Source of the DNA: an uncultured Verrucomicrobiae bacterium
Lineage (GTDB): Bacteria > Verrucomicrobiota > Verrucomicrobiia > Chthoniobacterales > Chthoniobacteraceae
Direction: 5' to 3'
Length of the DNA: 64,000 bases
NCBI GenBank assembly: GCA_963769025.1
Contig: CAVYKI010000010.1
Coordinates: 448,001-512,000 of the forward strand
The notes under the pieces were generated by a model. It did not search any database, was not told the DNA's origin, and worked only from the letters and a program-made list of their open reading frames with translations. The translations under genes and the position numbers were made by a program. Below, in pieces: positions 63,656-64,000 of this stretch; position 1 is the stretch's first letter; each line of letters opens with the position of its first letter.

Positions 63656-64000
63656 TCAGAATGCGCCGGATCTCAGCAGCGTGTGGAAATCGTCGAGGTA
63701 AATGCCGGCGATCCGATCGATCGAGAATCGCTGTGCGGTGGCGGTTGCGCTCTCCCCCGCCCTTCCGAGCCGCGCGGGATCCTGGATCAATTCCCGGATT
63801 TTCGCCGCGAGCACTTCCGCAGGCTGCGGCGCGCGATGATCGAAGACGAAACCGTTCGCCCCGTCCCCGACAAAGTCGCGGAAGCACGCGAGGTCGGACA
63901 CCAGCGCGGGACATCCGTGCGACATGGCTTCGAGCGGCGCGACGCCGAAGGTTTCCCCGCGTTCAGCGAGCGACGGATAAACGAAAAGGGATGCCATCTG
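63656..64000 (-). CDS. Glycosyltransferase family 4, C-terminal part (start outside the window)
   Basis: FVYPS....ETFGVAPLEAMSHG.P.LVSD. Confidence 0.88.
   Translation of the reverse strand, partial: QMASLFVYPSLAERGETFGVAPLEAMSHGCPALVSDLACFRDFVGDGANGFVFDHRAPQPAEVLAAKIRELIQDPARLGRAGESATATAQRFSIDRIAGIYLDDFHTLLRSGAF

Noticed and set aside
1..64000. CRISPR array, rRNA, tRNA, transposase or integrase
   Set aside because: No regularly spaced direct repeats, cloverleaf/rRNA-like segments or DDE, HUH or recombinase motifs were recognised by eye.

Overview
High-GC bacterial chromosomal segment, most likely Verrucomicrobiota (Chthoniobacter/Spartobacteria-like). This is inferred from PVC-typical families: two DUF1501 proteins, a PVC-type CxxCH heme protein, an H-X9-DG prepilin-like protein, a PQQ-like propeller and an exosortase. 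About 55 genes are present, and many carry single-base frameshifts that look like long-read assembly errors. Contents: alpha-2-macroglobulin, hydrolases, a DUF3516-type helicase, an MBOAT pair, pfkA, GT9, a PIN-PhoH protein, a RelBE-type TA pair among small membrane ORFans, tex-aat, guaA, adk-fmt-UDG, hom, a GNAT plus HDAC pair, pdxA, and the end of a polysaccharide locus with a TPR-exosortase operon under a candidate sigma-54 promoter. The most system-like region (15.0-22.1 kb) is a candidate trans-envelope cAMP circuit: an OM beta-barrel, two duplicated secreted FecR-domain proteins, a CHASE2 adenylate cyclase, an HD phosphodiesterase-like protein and a cNMP-binding histidine kinase. Non-coding signals include three octamer-based inverted-repeat elements (one with a nested GTAG REP doublet) and many sigma70-like promoters only 6-14 nt from start codons. 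No rRNA, tRNA, CRISPR array or transposase was recognised. All family assignments are from motif recognition by eye, not database searches.
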